From Somniosus microcephalus (lineage: Eukaryota): 64,000 bases of DNA. Where the stretch lies: the NCBI GenBank assembly GCA_052327205.1, contig CM126225.1, forward strand, positions 11,904,001 to 11,968,000, written 5' to 3'. Of this stretch, positions 22,354 through 36,593 are shown piece by piece. The notes below the pieces were generated by a model. The model saw nothing but the letters and a program-made list of their open reading frames with translations, made no database searches and was not told where the DNA came from. A program made the translations under genes and the position numbers. Within the stretch, counting starts at the first letter, position 1, and the number at the start of each line of letters is the position of its first letter.

Positions 22354-23089
22354 ATCACCTCTCATTTTTCTAAACTCCAGAGAGTATAGGCCCATTCTAC
22401 ACAATCTCTCATCATAGGACAACCCTCTCATCCCAGGAATCAATCTGGTGAACCTTCATTGCACCGCCTCCAAGGCAAGTATATCCTTCCTTAGATAAGG
22501 AGACCAAAACTGTGCCCAGTACTCCAGGTGTGGTCTCACCAAGGCCCTGTACAATTGTAGCAAGACTTCCTTACTCTTATACTCTGACCCCCTTACAATA
22601 AAGGCCAACATGCCATTTCCCTTCCTTATTGCTTGCTGTACCTGCATGCGAGCTTTCTGTGTTTCTTCCCCAAGGACACCCAAATCTCTCTGAACACCAA
22701 CACTTGAAAGTTTCTCACCATTTAAAAAATATTCTGTTTTTCTATTCTTTATACCAAAGTGAATAACCTCACATTTCCGTACATTATACTCTGTCTGCCA
22801 CCTTACTTCCCACTCACTTAGTCTATCTATATCCCTTTGAAGATTCTTTGTGTTCTCCTCACAGCTTACTGTCCCACCTAGCTTTGTATCATCAGCAAAC
22901 TTGGATGCATTACACTTGGTCCCTTCATCTGGGTCATTAATATAGATTGTAAATAGCTGAGGCCCCAACACTGACACTTGCGGCACACCAATATTTACAG
23001 CCTGCCAACCTGAAAAAGATTTGTTTATCCCTACTCTCTGTTTTCTGTCCGTTAACCAATCCTCTATCCATGCTACTATATTACCCCAG
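22354..23089 (-). mobile_element. CR1 LINE RT fragment (unit 3 copy)
   Basis: ORF 22456-23118. Confidence 0.92.
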
Positions 23090-26000
23090 CAGTTAGACAA
23101 CATAAAGGGAAATAGCAAGGAATCTTATCAGCACATTAATCTACAATATATAATAATCTTACATTCGTGCACAAATCCTTCTGCATAACTTGACTTCCCG
23201 ATTTCACCTTTTTGTCACACATTTGTTGTAGCGCTTCCGTGTTGTAGGACTTCATGAGGAGGGCAAATTGGTCAATTTATCCCCATTTTTGCCTCCTTTG
23301 CCTCCGCTACCATCCCACTACCAAAACTGTGGCAGTTTTAAGAAGCATTTTTTTCTCGAGTTTCGGCTCAAACTCATTTGCAAATCGTCCAAAGCAGAAC
23401 CTGCCATGAACCAGCGCAATCGGGCAACGTTTGAAAATGTATTTTTTTAAAAACTGCCTTAAAACTATTCATTGATATGTTGAAGAGCGGTAACTGGGCG
23501 CAGTTTGATTAATACAGCTGAAAATGGGGTTATCACGATAAATAAACATTTTGAATCACAGTGTCAATCCAGCACCTGTGAGGAACATGGTTTTAAATAA
23601 TTGAAAATTACTTTTATATAATATACAGAAACATTCGTTCGTTATATAGGGGTACAGTAGTCAGCTCCTTATTAAATTAAAACAAAATTATATTGAAAAG
23701 TTTTTAATATGTGCTGATTAGTGTCCTTGTGCCAAAAAGAATCAGTTCAATTTTTGGAGCCTCCTTGAAAGTCAGCAAACGAGTGCAATAAGCAGAAAAT
23801 CCCGATGGTGATTAATTCGACCTGGGGACCAGGCCAGTTTTGTGGGCGGGGCCAGCTACCACCGCGATGTTTTTTTAAGTGGCGCAAAAAATAGCAGCAA
23901 CTCGATTTGCGCTGGGCGTAATTTCCACTTAAAATTCCGTGACTTTTTCTGCAGGTTTCGTCGATTTAAGGTGAATTGCACTGAAAAAACCAGCACAACC
24001 GAGCGGCAACTCCAGTTTACTGTTGCCAATTATAAATTCCTATGTCGATATTTATTATGGGTCTTGTTTACGTGAACTTGACAGTCTGGTTGCAGAAACT
24101 AGCCACGTAGTTCAAATGAAAAGAGGTAGGGATTGTGATGCGAGTAAGTGGGTGGGACAAAGAGGAATGAATAGTGGGAAGATGAAATAGTAGGGAATGC
24201 AAAGGGGGCAAATGTGGGGATAAACTGACCCATGTGCCCTCCCCGTGAAAGATCATGGGAAGATGGAATCATATTTTAGGCCACAAACCTTCCTTCCTGA
24301 GAGTGTACTTGAGTTTGAATAAGTGGTAAAGATCCTTAATCTGTGACATGCCTCAGTTAGAAAGAGAGACTTGCATTTATATATCGCCTTTCACAACCAC
24401 CGGACATCCCGAAGTGTTTACAGCCAATGAAGTACTTTTAAAGTGTAGCCACTGGTGTACTGTAGGAAACTCGGCACACAAATTGCGCAGAGCAAGCTCC
24501 CACAAACAGCAATGTGATAATGACCAGATAATCCGCTTTTGAGTGATGTTGATTGAGGGATAATTATTGGTCAGGACACCGGGGATAACTCCCGTGCGCT
24601 TCTTCGAAATAGCACCATGGGATCTTTTACATCCACCTGAGAAAGCAAATAGGCCCTTGGTTTAACATTTCATCAGAAAGACTGCACCTCTGACAGTGCA
24701 GCACTCCTTCATTCAGCCTGGATGTTGTGCTCGAGTCATTGGAGTGGGACTTGAACCACACAATCTCCTGACTCACAGGCAAGAGTGTTTACCACTGAGA
24801 CACAGTTACTGAAGAAGGTGAAAATGGAAACTCAGGGGAATGTAGAATAAAACTATGGAGATAAATATACAGAAGCAAGGATGAAGGGAGTAACAAGGGA
24901 GCAAAGGGGAAGGGAGGATAAAAAAAGAAAGTGCGACTGAATGTAGGAAGTAGAAAATTCACCAGGTCCAGTTCATATGCAGTGCAAGGAAGTGAGAAAT
25001 AGGGTAAATGAGAGAAAGAAGAAACCATCACATTCCACTCAACTTTGAAAACAAGTATCATGGCAAAGGATTGAAGGGTGGGAAAAATTATAACCCTTTT
25101 AGTCTTACCTCAGCTGTGGGTAAACATATGGACTCCATAGTATGGGATGAAATTAGTGAACAGTTGGAAAAATATGGGCTCATTAGGGGCAGTCACCATG
25201 AATCTGTAAAGAACACATTGTGCTTGAATAATTCTACTGAATTTTTCAGGAAGCTCACATACATAGCTAAAGGAATGCAGTCAGTGTTAAGTATACAGCT
25301 TTTCAGAAGGTGCAGGATAAAATGCCATATAAGAGATTTTCAGTCCCACTCTCCACTCATTCCGCTCCCCTAGAATATCGAGCCAATTGGGTTCAAAATG
25401 AATTCACAGTTTTGACAGGCGAGGAAATATCAGACAGTGGAGAATCGAGCGGTGAGGGTGTACCAGTCACAGGCAGCAGATAGAGGAATCCAGAGCATTT
25501 ACAGTGAGTATGGAAAACTGACAGATGTAAATGAGAAATAAATATTACTCCAATAAAAATGTAATATTGCAAACAATTTATTTACACCAACATGTTCTCA
25601 ATCAGTACAAAAAGTGTAGACAAACAATGTCTATTCCCCAAATCTTAGTAAATATCAATAAATTAACAGTGCTTTCTGAACTTATTTACACATTGCATAA
25701 AACTGTAACTTTTCATTACATGAAGACGTCACAATTATAAATATCAATACATTAGGAATACACGGGACGAGTTGGAGTGTTGGCCGCTGGGAGAGCAGAA
25801 ATGTAAAGGTCAGTGCAGGTCAGGGATCAGGTCATGGGTCATTGTTCCGCAACCCTACCATTGAGAGCCAATCAGTGCCATGAAAGCTAGTGACAGAGCC
25901 GAGTATTGGCCGGGCATTCCCAGTGCAGGGAGTTGTCACTGGAAGTTCAGCAACTGGAATAAGGAGCCTCATAAAGTTAATTAAATGGAAATAAAAGAGT

Positions 26001-26695
26001 TAATTTGGGAATGGGGTTTGGACCCACAACCTACTGACTTAGAGTATTACCTCTGAGCCAAGCTGACAACAGTGTAAAATTAGCAATACGTTACATTTAC
26101 TTATAAAATATATATATTTTTAATTCGGGGTCTTTAAAATAGCTCATCGTTCGCAGTCTGTATTAAACATGTCATTGAGAAATCTTCTGTTCCTTCTCAT
26201 TTTTGACTTTACACGTTGTGAAAAATCTGCAACATTTTATTGTGTCAAGCAATAAACTTGACTCAATCCTGATGAGATGAGGAGGAAATGGTAGCGCCAG
26301 CCGGGTGGGGCAGCCCAGAGAGCTGACACTGGGAAAGCAGCGAGTGGAATAAGGTGTCCCACTGAGAGAACCTGAGATGAAACTTTTCATTGTCGCAGCT
26401 GCCAGTCCCTGAAGGAAGGGACAGAGGCAGGATTTTCCTCAGACTCGCCCCAGTCAAAGCTCTAACATTTCATCACAGGCAACTGTCACAGCAATAACTA
26501 TCAATAAATTAAAATAAATGATCAAACACGGATCAATATCAAAACATTCCTTGTTCTCCATCAGTCACCTTGCACCCAATCGCGATATTACAATACAATA
26601 TAATATATTAAAATATAATTTAAAAAAAAAAATGCGGTCTTTTAAATAAATATTCTTTGATCCCAGTCTGTACGAAATATGCCTTTGGAAAGTCT

Positions 26696-28824
26696 TCAGT
26701 TTTTTCTTCTTCTGATTTGTGCCGTTATGAAAAGGATCTGTTGTAATCGGGCCCTAGTTTCAGCGCGGATTATTTCCCAGGCGCAGTCACTGAATCTCTG
26801 AGAAAGAGAAATATTCAGGAAAATCCATTAGAAAATGAACAGGTTTGAATTGGGTAAACGAAAACGGTCAGTAATCTCAGTAAAATATCAATTTTCCCAC
26901 CTTCTGTTTGAGAAACTTTCTCAGTTTCCTAAAGTATTTGTGAATTGAGGCGTTTCTCCTCGGCCTGGACTCTGAGCCTGGTTTCCTGACACATTCTTCC
27001 AGCTCCTCGAGCTGCCGATCCAGGAGAAGACGGAAGTTTTCCACCTTGTCCCGGGGCCATGTGACTGAGCCCAGGTTCATGCTGTAGATCTTGGTGAGGT
27101 GACGCAGTGTTTGATGGACAATCTGGATCCTGTCCTGGGTCTGTGCACAATACACACAAGGACGTTAGAGGGGACCTGTTCCTTTTTAGGTTTCGAGTAG
27201 TTATGGAAAAGGACAAGCATCAATCACAAGTGAATATAGTCAACTGGTGTATTGGAATCTAAGATTTGCAGGTGAAACAGTAAATTTGCAATGGAAAGCC
27301 TTCAAAGAGGAAATCGTTTGGTGCAGTCTAGACACATCCGCACCAGGGGGAAAGGAAGGGCATGCAAAGCTATCTCTCCCCGGATCACTGAAGATGGAGA
27401 TTTCAATGAAACAGCAAAAGGAGGCTTATGATAAACGTTAAGCTTATAATACAGTAGAGAACCAAGCTGAATGCAGAAGGTGCGAACTGAAAAAGGAAAT
27501 GAGACGCAAAGAGAATGTATGAGAATAGATTAGTGGGTGATATTAAAGGGCTCCCAAATGTGTTTTAGAAGCATTAAAAAATTGTGGCTTTCCAAAGGGA
27601 ATTGGTTAAGTACCTGAAAAAAAATGGCATGGCTCCGGGGAAAGGGCGGGGAGTGGGACTGGCTGAAGTGCTCTTGCAGAGAGCCGGCACGGGCTCGACG
27701 GGCCGAATGGCCTCCTTATGTGCTGTAACCATTCTATGATTCTATGAAATAGTAAAAGGATATTCAAAGGATGGGTGGGATCATCTAGGAACCAGAATGG
27801 AAGATTAGAGGGGCTTCAATGAATAGAGGGTGCGAGATGATTAGAGGGAGTTAGATAGTTAAAGGGAGTGAGATAATAGGTGAGATAGAGAGAGAGAGCT
27901 AGTTAGAGAGAGTGAGCTAGTTACAGAGAGTGAGCTAGTTAGAGAGAGTGAGCTAGTTAGAGAGTGAGCTAGTTACAGAGAGTGAGCTAGTTGGAGAGAG
28001 TGAGCTAGTTACAGAGAGTGAGCTAGTTAGAGAGAGTGAGCTAGTTAGAGAGTGAGCTAGTTACAGAGAGTGAGCTAGTTACAGAGAGTGAGCTAGTTGG
28101 AGAGAGTGAGCTAGTTACAGAGAGTGAGCTAGTTAGAGAGAGTGAGCTAGTTAGAGAGTGAGCTAGTTACAGAGAGTGAGCTAGTTAGAGAGAGTGAGCT
28201 AGTTAGAGAGTGAGCTAGTTAGAGAGAGTGAGCTAGTTAGAGAGAGTGAGCTAGTTAGAGAGAGTGACATGGAGTGAGTGAATGGCTCTTCTGGCACTTT
28301 CACCTCAATGGGCGGCTAACACTGGATTTAAATTTCCTGATTAAAATTCTGATCCGTGTGTTTATCTTACTCATGCTTTCTATAAAACTTTTGCTTGAAT
28401 AAAGTGAAATAAAATAGAGTTCACTCACCTGTAATCCCTCTGAAAGTTTCACCAGATTCAAGGACTTGGTTTTCAGCGAGAGCCTCTCTCTTACACACTG
28501 TCGGGGAAAGGGGCCGCCCTGAGAGGAGAAGGCAATCAGTGTTACAATCAGTTCCCTTGAAATACTGGAGAATCGCTGCCTATTAATTGCGTAAAATTAC
28601 AAACACATCAAACATTTTCTCCTGATATAACTTTCCACAACAAGCACAGAGTATATGGTTCGGATCCGGCTCTGAATGCAGGTTAAACTCACCATTTCAT
28701 TCAGTTTGCTCAGAGTCTCTGTGTTGAGAACTTGCTGTAACTGCAGCTTCTCACAGCCCAGACTCAGGGTCCCGGGCAACAAGACCAACACAATCCAACA
28801 TCTCCAAACACTCGCCAAAGCCAT
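26696..28824 (-). CDS. IFN: Type I interferon, 4 exons, 187 aa (copy 3; consensus)
   Basis: Exons 28824-28693, 28518-28429, 27140-26901, 26797-26696. Intact frame and splice sites, CAWE motif. Confidence 0.93.
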
Positions 28825-30008
28825 GCTGGACCGAGCCAAGGCAAAGCACCGATCTGAAGGATAAGAAACCGAGCGGATTCGAGTTCAGCTCAGAAAACGG
28901 TTCTTGTTCACTGAATGAAACTCTGGAAGTCGAAATGCAGCCGCTTGTGATCCCGGAGCGACCAGTTGTGTTGTCGAGTGTGGGTGTGCGGCTGGACACT
29001 GTGGGAGCTGTCACTTTAGGAGGAGGGACTGGCGATGTGGGCCATTACAATCCAAAAGTGAAATCGGGCTGCAGGAGTGTTGGAAGAGCTGCAGGAGAGC
29101 AATAGTTTGTGCGGTTCCTTTCTGAGGTAAGGAATTCAAAAGCTGGAGATTCCTGAACCAGCGACTGGAAAATCCCCGAGAGAAGGTCCTAACCATAGAT
29201 TCATTGAAACAGAGAATGGTTACAGCGCAGAAACAGGCCACTCGGCCCGTCGAGCCCGCGTCAGCTCAATGTCCCGTACATTTGTATCAATACTATCAAT
29301 ATGGATTTTGAAAATCTTTATTGGTTTCTCCAACATGTATGGACTCGCATCACGGGGGCACTAAGGGGGCAGACGGGTAGATTGATTGATGGTGGACTCT
29401 AATACCCCTTTCCCCTCTCAGCTCACATTCCCCCACTTTCCTCGGTGTCTCCTTGTCCTTCTTCCCTCAGTTTCTGATCCCCACCCTTCAGTTTATAATT
29501 TCCCCTCTCCACAGTGTCTGGTTCGCATTCTCCCCTCACACACTATTCGCGGATTCAGAGTCTGATCCCACCTCCCACCAGGGTCTGGTTCCCTCTCTCC
29601 CCTCAGTAGCTCATATGTTCTCCGCTCGCTGTTTGATTTCTGTCTACCCTCAAGATCTGATTCCGCACTTCCCTCACCATCACATTCTGCCTTTTCCCAC
29701 AGTATTGCTTCCCCTCTGCCCTCAGACTCTCATTTCCCCTTTAATATCAGGGCACATCTCTCCTCAGGGGCTGATACCCCTCTCCCCTGTACCTGATTCC
29801 CCCTCTCTCCACAAGGTCTCATCTCCCCCTCCACTCAAAGTCTGATTCCCCCTCCACTCAAAGTCTGATTCCTCGACCCCTCACTCGTCGATATCTGGTT
29901 CCCTCTCTTTCCTCAGTTTCCAGGGTCTTGTTCTCATTCTCTCTCAGTCCTGATTCTCTCCTCAATATTAGAGCACCCCTTCTCCAAGGTGTCTGGTTTC
30001 AATTCTTC

Positions 30009-30501
30009 CCCAGGGTCTGATCCCATATCCCCCCAGGGACAGACCCCACCTGCCCCCAGGGTCTGACCCCACCAACCCCAGGGTTTGATCTCACCTCCCC
30101 CCAGGGTCTGATCCCACCTCCCCAGGGTCTAATCCCACCTCCCCAGGGCCTGATCCCACCTCCCCCAGGGTCTGATCCCACCAACCCCAGGGTCTGATCC
30201 CACCTCCCCAGGGCCTGATCCCACCTCCCCTCAGGGTCTGATCCCACCAACCCCAGGGTCTGATCCCACCTCCCCCAAGGTCTGACCCCACATCCCCCCA
30301 GGGTCTGACCCCACATTCCCACAGGGTCTGACCCCACATCCCTCCAGGGTCTGATCCCACCTCCCCCCAGGGTCTGATCCCACCTGCCCCCAGGGTCTGA
30401 TCCCACCTTCCCCCAGGGACAGACCCCACCTCCCCCAGGGTCTGATCCCACCTCCCCCAGGGTCTGATCCCACCTCCCCCAGGGTCTGTGTCACCTCCCC
30501 T
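30009..30501. repeat. C-rich minisatellite, short allele
   Basis: Tandem repeat visible. Confidence 0.95.
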
Positions 30502-31197
30502 CAATTTCATATTATCCTTCTCCCCAGTTTTTCATTTCCTCTCCCCCTCAGTGTCTGAATTCCCCTCTTCACTCAGTTTTATGATTCCTCTTGCCCCTCC
30601 GTGTCTCATTCCCCATCCCCTCAGTATCTGATTCCAGTTCGTCCTCAAATTTGATTCCCCCTCGCCTTAGGGTCTGAATCCCTCTCTCCCTGAGGCTTTG
30701 ATTCCTTTCTCTCCCTCGGAGTCTGATACCCGCTCGCCTCAGTATAAGATTACCCCTTTCTTCAGTCTCTCATTTCCTTTCTCCGCTTAGAGCCAGATTC
30801 TCCTCTCGCTCAGAATAGTTTCTTTCGCCACGCACTGCCTGATCCCAGCTCTCCCCTCAGCATCAGATTCTTCTTCTCCCCTCAGTATTGATTTCCCACT
30901 CTAGTCAGCCCCTGATTCCGCCTATCCCCTGTACCTGATTCTCTCTGTCCCATCAGGGATGAATTACCCCTCTAGGGTTCAGAGAACTTTTGCTGTTACA
31001 CAGTCTCAGGGAATGATACCAAGAGTTACAGAAGAGAGTCACGCTAACAATTAATACCGTCAAATCAATACTGATCGACCAGTGACTATTAATTGCACAA
31101 GTAATATACAACTTCAAACTATTTCTCCAGACATGAGTTATCACAACAAACAGACCATGCGCATTTCGAACCGACTCGGGATGCAGGTTAAACTCAC

Positions 31198-31329
31198 CAT
31201 TTCATTCAGTTTGCTGAGAGTCTCTGTGTTGAGAGCTTGCTGTAACTGCAGCCTCTCACAGCCCAGACTCAGGGTCCCGGGCAACAAGACCAAAACAATC
31301 CAACATCTCCAAACACTCGCCAAAGCCAT
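31198..31329 (-). pseudogene. Orphan IFN exon 1B (upstream of gene copy 3)
   Basis: Repeat-unit copy of 1477-1608. Confidence 0.8.
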
Positions 31330-32251
31330 GCTGGACCGAGCCGGGGTAAAGCACCGATCTGAAAATTGGGAAACCGATCGGATCCGAGTTCAGCCCAGAA
31401 AACGGTTCTTGTTCACCGAATGAAACTCTGGAAGTGGAAATGCAGCCGCTTGTGATCCGGGAGCGACCGCCTGTGTTGCCGAGTGATGTGGGTGTGCGGC
31501 TCGACACTGTGGGAGCTCTCACTGCCATGGTGCCGGCTTTAAGGTGGGGCATTACATTCGAAAAGTGAAATCGGGCCGCAGGAGTTTTGGCACAGCCGCT
31601 GGAGACCAATGATTTGTGCGGTTTCTTTCTGGGGTAAGGAATGGAAAAGCTGGAGATTCCTGAACCAGCGAGTGGGAAATCTCCGACAGAAGATCCCAAC
31701 CAGCGCCCGGTTCCAGCTCCGTGTTGTGTGGACTCGGATCACCGGGGCACTGAGCTGGTGTAGAGGGAGGCTCTGTATTGGGGGAGTGTGGACATTGCAG
31801 AGACCCCGCCTCACAGCCCAGGGGCACCGCTTCATGCCGACTGACTCCGCTCGGATTCACCTGTCGGAGACTCTGCTTCTTAAGGTTGTCGTTTCCGGGT
31901 TATTTTCTGGAGTCATTTTCAGACATTGTTTTTAAAGAATATTTAATCCGTTTCGACTCTGAGTCCGAAGGGGATCCCGCTGCCTTTTCTTTCATCGTTT
32001 CTTTCTCGACCCTCTCCCGGGAAAGTGTCCGTGTCAGTTTCTCTGTGGAAATGAACCTTGTGTCAATTTCACCGAAAGCGAAAGTGTCTCAGGGAAAGTG
32101 ACGAGTTTTGTCATTTCCGAAAGTGCGGAGTGATTGTAAACAGAACGGGTCAGACTGAGAGGGCTGAGGGGGAGCTGGGAAAAGGTTTGGGATCTCCGGG
32201 ATAGCCCCGGTTACACAGGGAATGTCGCAAAATCACTCTCAGCTGCAACTG

Positions 32252-32987
32252 ATCACCTCTCATTTTTCTAAACTCCAGAGAGTATAGGCCCATTCTACAC
32301 AATCTCTCATCATAGGACAACCCTCTCATCCCAGGAATCAATCTAGTGAACCTTCATTGCACCGCCTCCAAGGCAAGTATATCCTTCCTTAGATAAGGAG
32401 ACCAAAACTGTGCCCAGTACTCCAGGTGTGGTCTCACCAAGGCCCTGTACAATTGTAGCAAGACTTCCTTACTCTTATACTCTGACCCCCTTACAATAAA
32501 GGCCAACATGCCATTTCCCTTCCTTATTGCTTGCTGTACCTGCATGCGAGCTTTCTGTGTTTCTTCCCCAAGGACACCCAAATCTCTCTGAACACCAACA
32601 CTTGAAAGTTTCTCACCATTTAAAAAATATTCTGTTTTTCTATTCTTTATACCAAAGTGAATAACCTCACATTTCCGTACATTATACTCTGTCTGCCACC
32701 TTACTTCCCACTCACTTAGTCTATCTATATCCCTTTGAAGATTCTTTGTGTTCTCCTCACAGCTTACTGTCCCACCTAGCTTTGTATCATCAGCAAACTT
32801 GGATGCATTACACTTGGTCCCTTCATCTGGGTCATTAATATAGATTGTAAATAGCTGAGGCCCCAACACTGACACTTGCGGCACACCAATATTTACAGCC
32901 TGCCAACCTGAAAAAGATTTGTTTATCCCTACTCTCTGTTTTCTGTCCGTTAACCAATCCTCTATCCATGCTACTATATTACCCCAG
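32252..32987 (-). mobile_element. CR1 LINE RT fragment (unit 4 copy)
   Basis: ORF 32354-33016. Confidence 0.92.
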
Positions 32988-35900
32988 CAGTTAGACAACA
33001 TAAAGGGAAATAGCAAGGAATCTTATCAGCACATTAATCTACAATATATAATAATCTTACATTCGTGCACAAATCCTTCTGCATAACTTGACTTCCCGAT
33101 TTCACCTTTTTGTCACACATTTGTTGTAGCGCTTCCGTGTTGTAGGACTTCATGAGGAGGGCAAATTGGTCAATTTATCCCCATTTTTGCCTCCTTTGCC
33201 TCCGCTACCATCCCACTACCAAAACTGTGGCAGTTTTAAGAAGCATTTTTTTCTCGAGTTTCGGCTCAAACTCATTTGCAAATCGTCCAAAGCAGAACCT
33301 GCCATGAACCAACGCAATCGGGCAACGTTTGAAAATGTATTTTTTTTAAAACTGCCTTAAAACTATTCATTGATATGTTGAAGAGCGGTAACTGGGCGCA
33401 GTTTGATTAATACAGCTGAAAATGGGGTTATCACGATAAATAAACATTTTGAATCACAGTGTCAATCCAGCACCTGTGAGGAACATGGTTTTAAATAATT
33501 GAAAATTACTTTTATATAATATACAGAAACATTCGTTCGTTATATAGGGGTACAGTAGTCAGCTCCTTATTAAATTAAAACAAAATTATATTGAAAAGTT
33601 TTTAATATGTGCTGATTAGTGTCCTTGTGCCAAAAAGAATCAGTTCAATTTTTGGAGCCTCCTTGAAAGTCAGCAAACGAGTGCAATAAGCAGAAAATCC
33701 CGATGGTGATTAATTCGACCTGGGGACCAGGCCAGTTTTGTGGGCGGGGCCAGCTACCACCGCGATGTTTTTTTAAGTGGCGCAAAAAATAGCAGCAACT
33801 CGATTTGCGCTGGGCGTAATTTCCACTTAAAATTCCGTGACTTTTTCTGCAGGTTTCGTCGATTTAAGGTGAATTGCACTGAAAAAACCAGCACAACCGA
33901 GCGGCAACTCCAGTTTACTGTTGCCAATTATAAATTCCTATGTCGATATTTATTATGGGTCTTGTTTACGTGAACTTGACAGTCTGGTTGCAGAAACTAG
34001 CCACGTAGTTCAAATGAAAAGAGGTAGGGATTGTGATGCGAGTAAGTGGGTGGGACAAAGAGGAATGAATAGTGGGAAGATGAAATAGTAGGGAATGCAA
34101 AGGGGGCAAATGTGGGGATAAACTGACCCATGTGCCCTCCCCGTGAAAGATCATGGGAAGATGGAATCATATTTTAGGCCACAAACCTTCCTTCCTGAGA
34201 GTGTACTTGAGTTTGAATAAGTGGTAAAGATCCTTAATCTGTGACATGCCTCAGTTAGAAAGAGAGACTTGCATTTATATATCGCCTTTCACAACCACCG
34301 GACATCCCGAAGTGTTTACAGCCAATGAAGTACTTTTAAAGTGTAGCCACTGGTGTACTGTAGGAAACTCGGCACACAAATTGCGCAGAGCAAGCTCCCA
34401 CAAACAGCAATGTGATAATGACCAGATAATCCGCTTTTGAGTGATGTTGATTGAGGGATAATTATTGGTCAGGACACCGGGGATAACTCCCGTGCGCTTC
34501 TTCGAAATAGCACCATGGGATCTTTTACATCCACCTGAGAAAGCAAATAGGCCCTTGGTTTAACATTTCATCAGAAAGACTGCACCTCTGACAGTGCAGC
34601 ACTCCTTCATTCAGCCTGGATGTTGTGCTCGAGTCATTGGAGTGGGACTTGAACCACACAATCTCCTGACTCACAGGCAAGAGTGTTTACCACTGAGACA
34701 CAGTTACTGAAGAAGGTGAAAATGGAAACTCAGGGGAATGTAGAATAAAACTATGGAGATAAATATACAGAAGCAAGGATGAAGGGAGTAACAAGGGAGC
34801 AAAGGGGAAGGGAGGATAAAAAACGAAAGTGCGACTGAATGTAGGAAGTAGAAAATTCACCAGGTCCAGTTCATATGCAGTGCAAGGAAGTGAGAAATAG
34901 GGTAAATGAGAGAAAGAAGAAACCATCACATTCCACTCAACTTTGAAAACAAGTATCATGGCAAAGGATTGAAGGGTGGGAAAAATTATAACCCTTTTAG
35001 TCTTACCTCAGCTGTGGGTAAACATATGGACTCCATAGTATGGGATGAAATTAGTGAACAGTTGGAAAAATATGGGCTCATTAGGGGCAGTCACCATGAA
35101 TCTGTAAAGAACACATTGTGCTTGAATAATTCTACTGAATTTTTCAGGAAGCTCACATACATAGCTAAAGGAATGCAGTCAGTGTTAAGTATACAGCTTT
35201 TCAGAAGGTGCAGGATAAAATGCCATATAAGAGATTTTCAGTCCCACTCTCCACTCATTCCGCTCCCCTAGAATATCGAGCCAATTGGGTTCAAAATGAA
35301 TTCACAGTTTTGACAGGCGAGGAAATATCAGACAGTGGAGAATCGAGCGGTGAGGGTGTACCAGTCACAGGCAGCAGATAGAGGAATCCAGAGCATTTAC
35401 AGTGAGTATGGAAAACTGACAGATGTAAATGAGAAATAAATATTACTCCAATAAAAATGTAATATTGCAAACAATTTATTTACACCAACATGTTCTCAAT
35501 CAGTACAAAAAGTGTAGACAAACAATGTCTATTCCCCAAATCTTAGTAAATATCAATAAATTAACAGTGCTTTCTGAACTTATTTACACATTGCATAAAA
35601 CTGTAACTTTTCATTACATGAAGACGTCACAATTATAAATATCAATACATTAGGAATACACGGGACGAGTTGGAGTGTTGGCCGCTGGGAGAGCAGAAAT
35701 GTAAAGGTCAGTGCAGGTCAGGGATCAGGTCATGGGTCATTGTTCCGCAACCCTACCATTGAGAGCCAATCAGTGCCATGAAAGCTAGTGACAGAGCCGA
35801 GTATTGGCCGGGCATTCCCAGTGCAGGGAGTTGTCACTGGAAGTTCAGCAACTGGAATAAGGAGCCTCATAAAGTTAATTAAATGGAAATAAAAGAGTTA

Positions 35901-36593
35901 ATTTGGGAATGGGGTTTGGACCCACAACCTACTGACTTAGAGTATTACCTCTGAGCCAAGCTGACAACAGTGTAAAATTAGCAATACGTTACATTTACTT
36001 ATAAAATATATATATTTTTAATTCGGGGTCTTTAAAATAGCTCATCGTTCGCAGTCTGTATTAAACATGTCATTGAGAAATCTTCTGTTCCTTCTCATTT
36101 TTGACTTTACACGTTGTGAAAAATCTGCAACATTTTATTGTGTCAAGCAATAAACTTGACTCAATCCTGATGAGATGAGGAGGAAATGGTAGCGCCAGCC
36201 GGGTGGGGCAGCCCAGAGAGCTGACACTGGGAAAGCAGCGAGTGGAATAAGGTGTCCCACTGAGAGAACCTGAGATGAAACTTTTCATTGTCGCAGCTGC
36301 CAGTCCCTGAAGGAAGGGACAGAGGCAGGATTTTCCTCAGACTCGCCCCAGTCAAAGCTCTAACATTTCATCACAGGCAACTGTCACAGCAATAACTATC
36401 AATAAATTAAAATAAATGATCAAACACGGATCAATATCAAAACATTCCTTGTTCTCCATCAGTCACCTTGCACCCAATCGCGATATTACAATACAATATA
36501 ATATATTAAAATATAATTTAAAAAAAAAAATGCGGTCTTTTAAATAAATATTCTTTGATCCCAGTCTGTACGAAATATGCCTTTGGAAAGTCT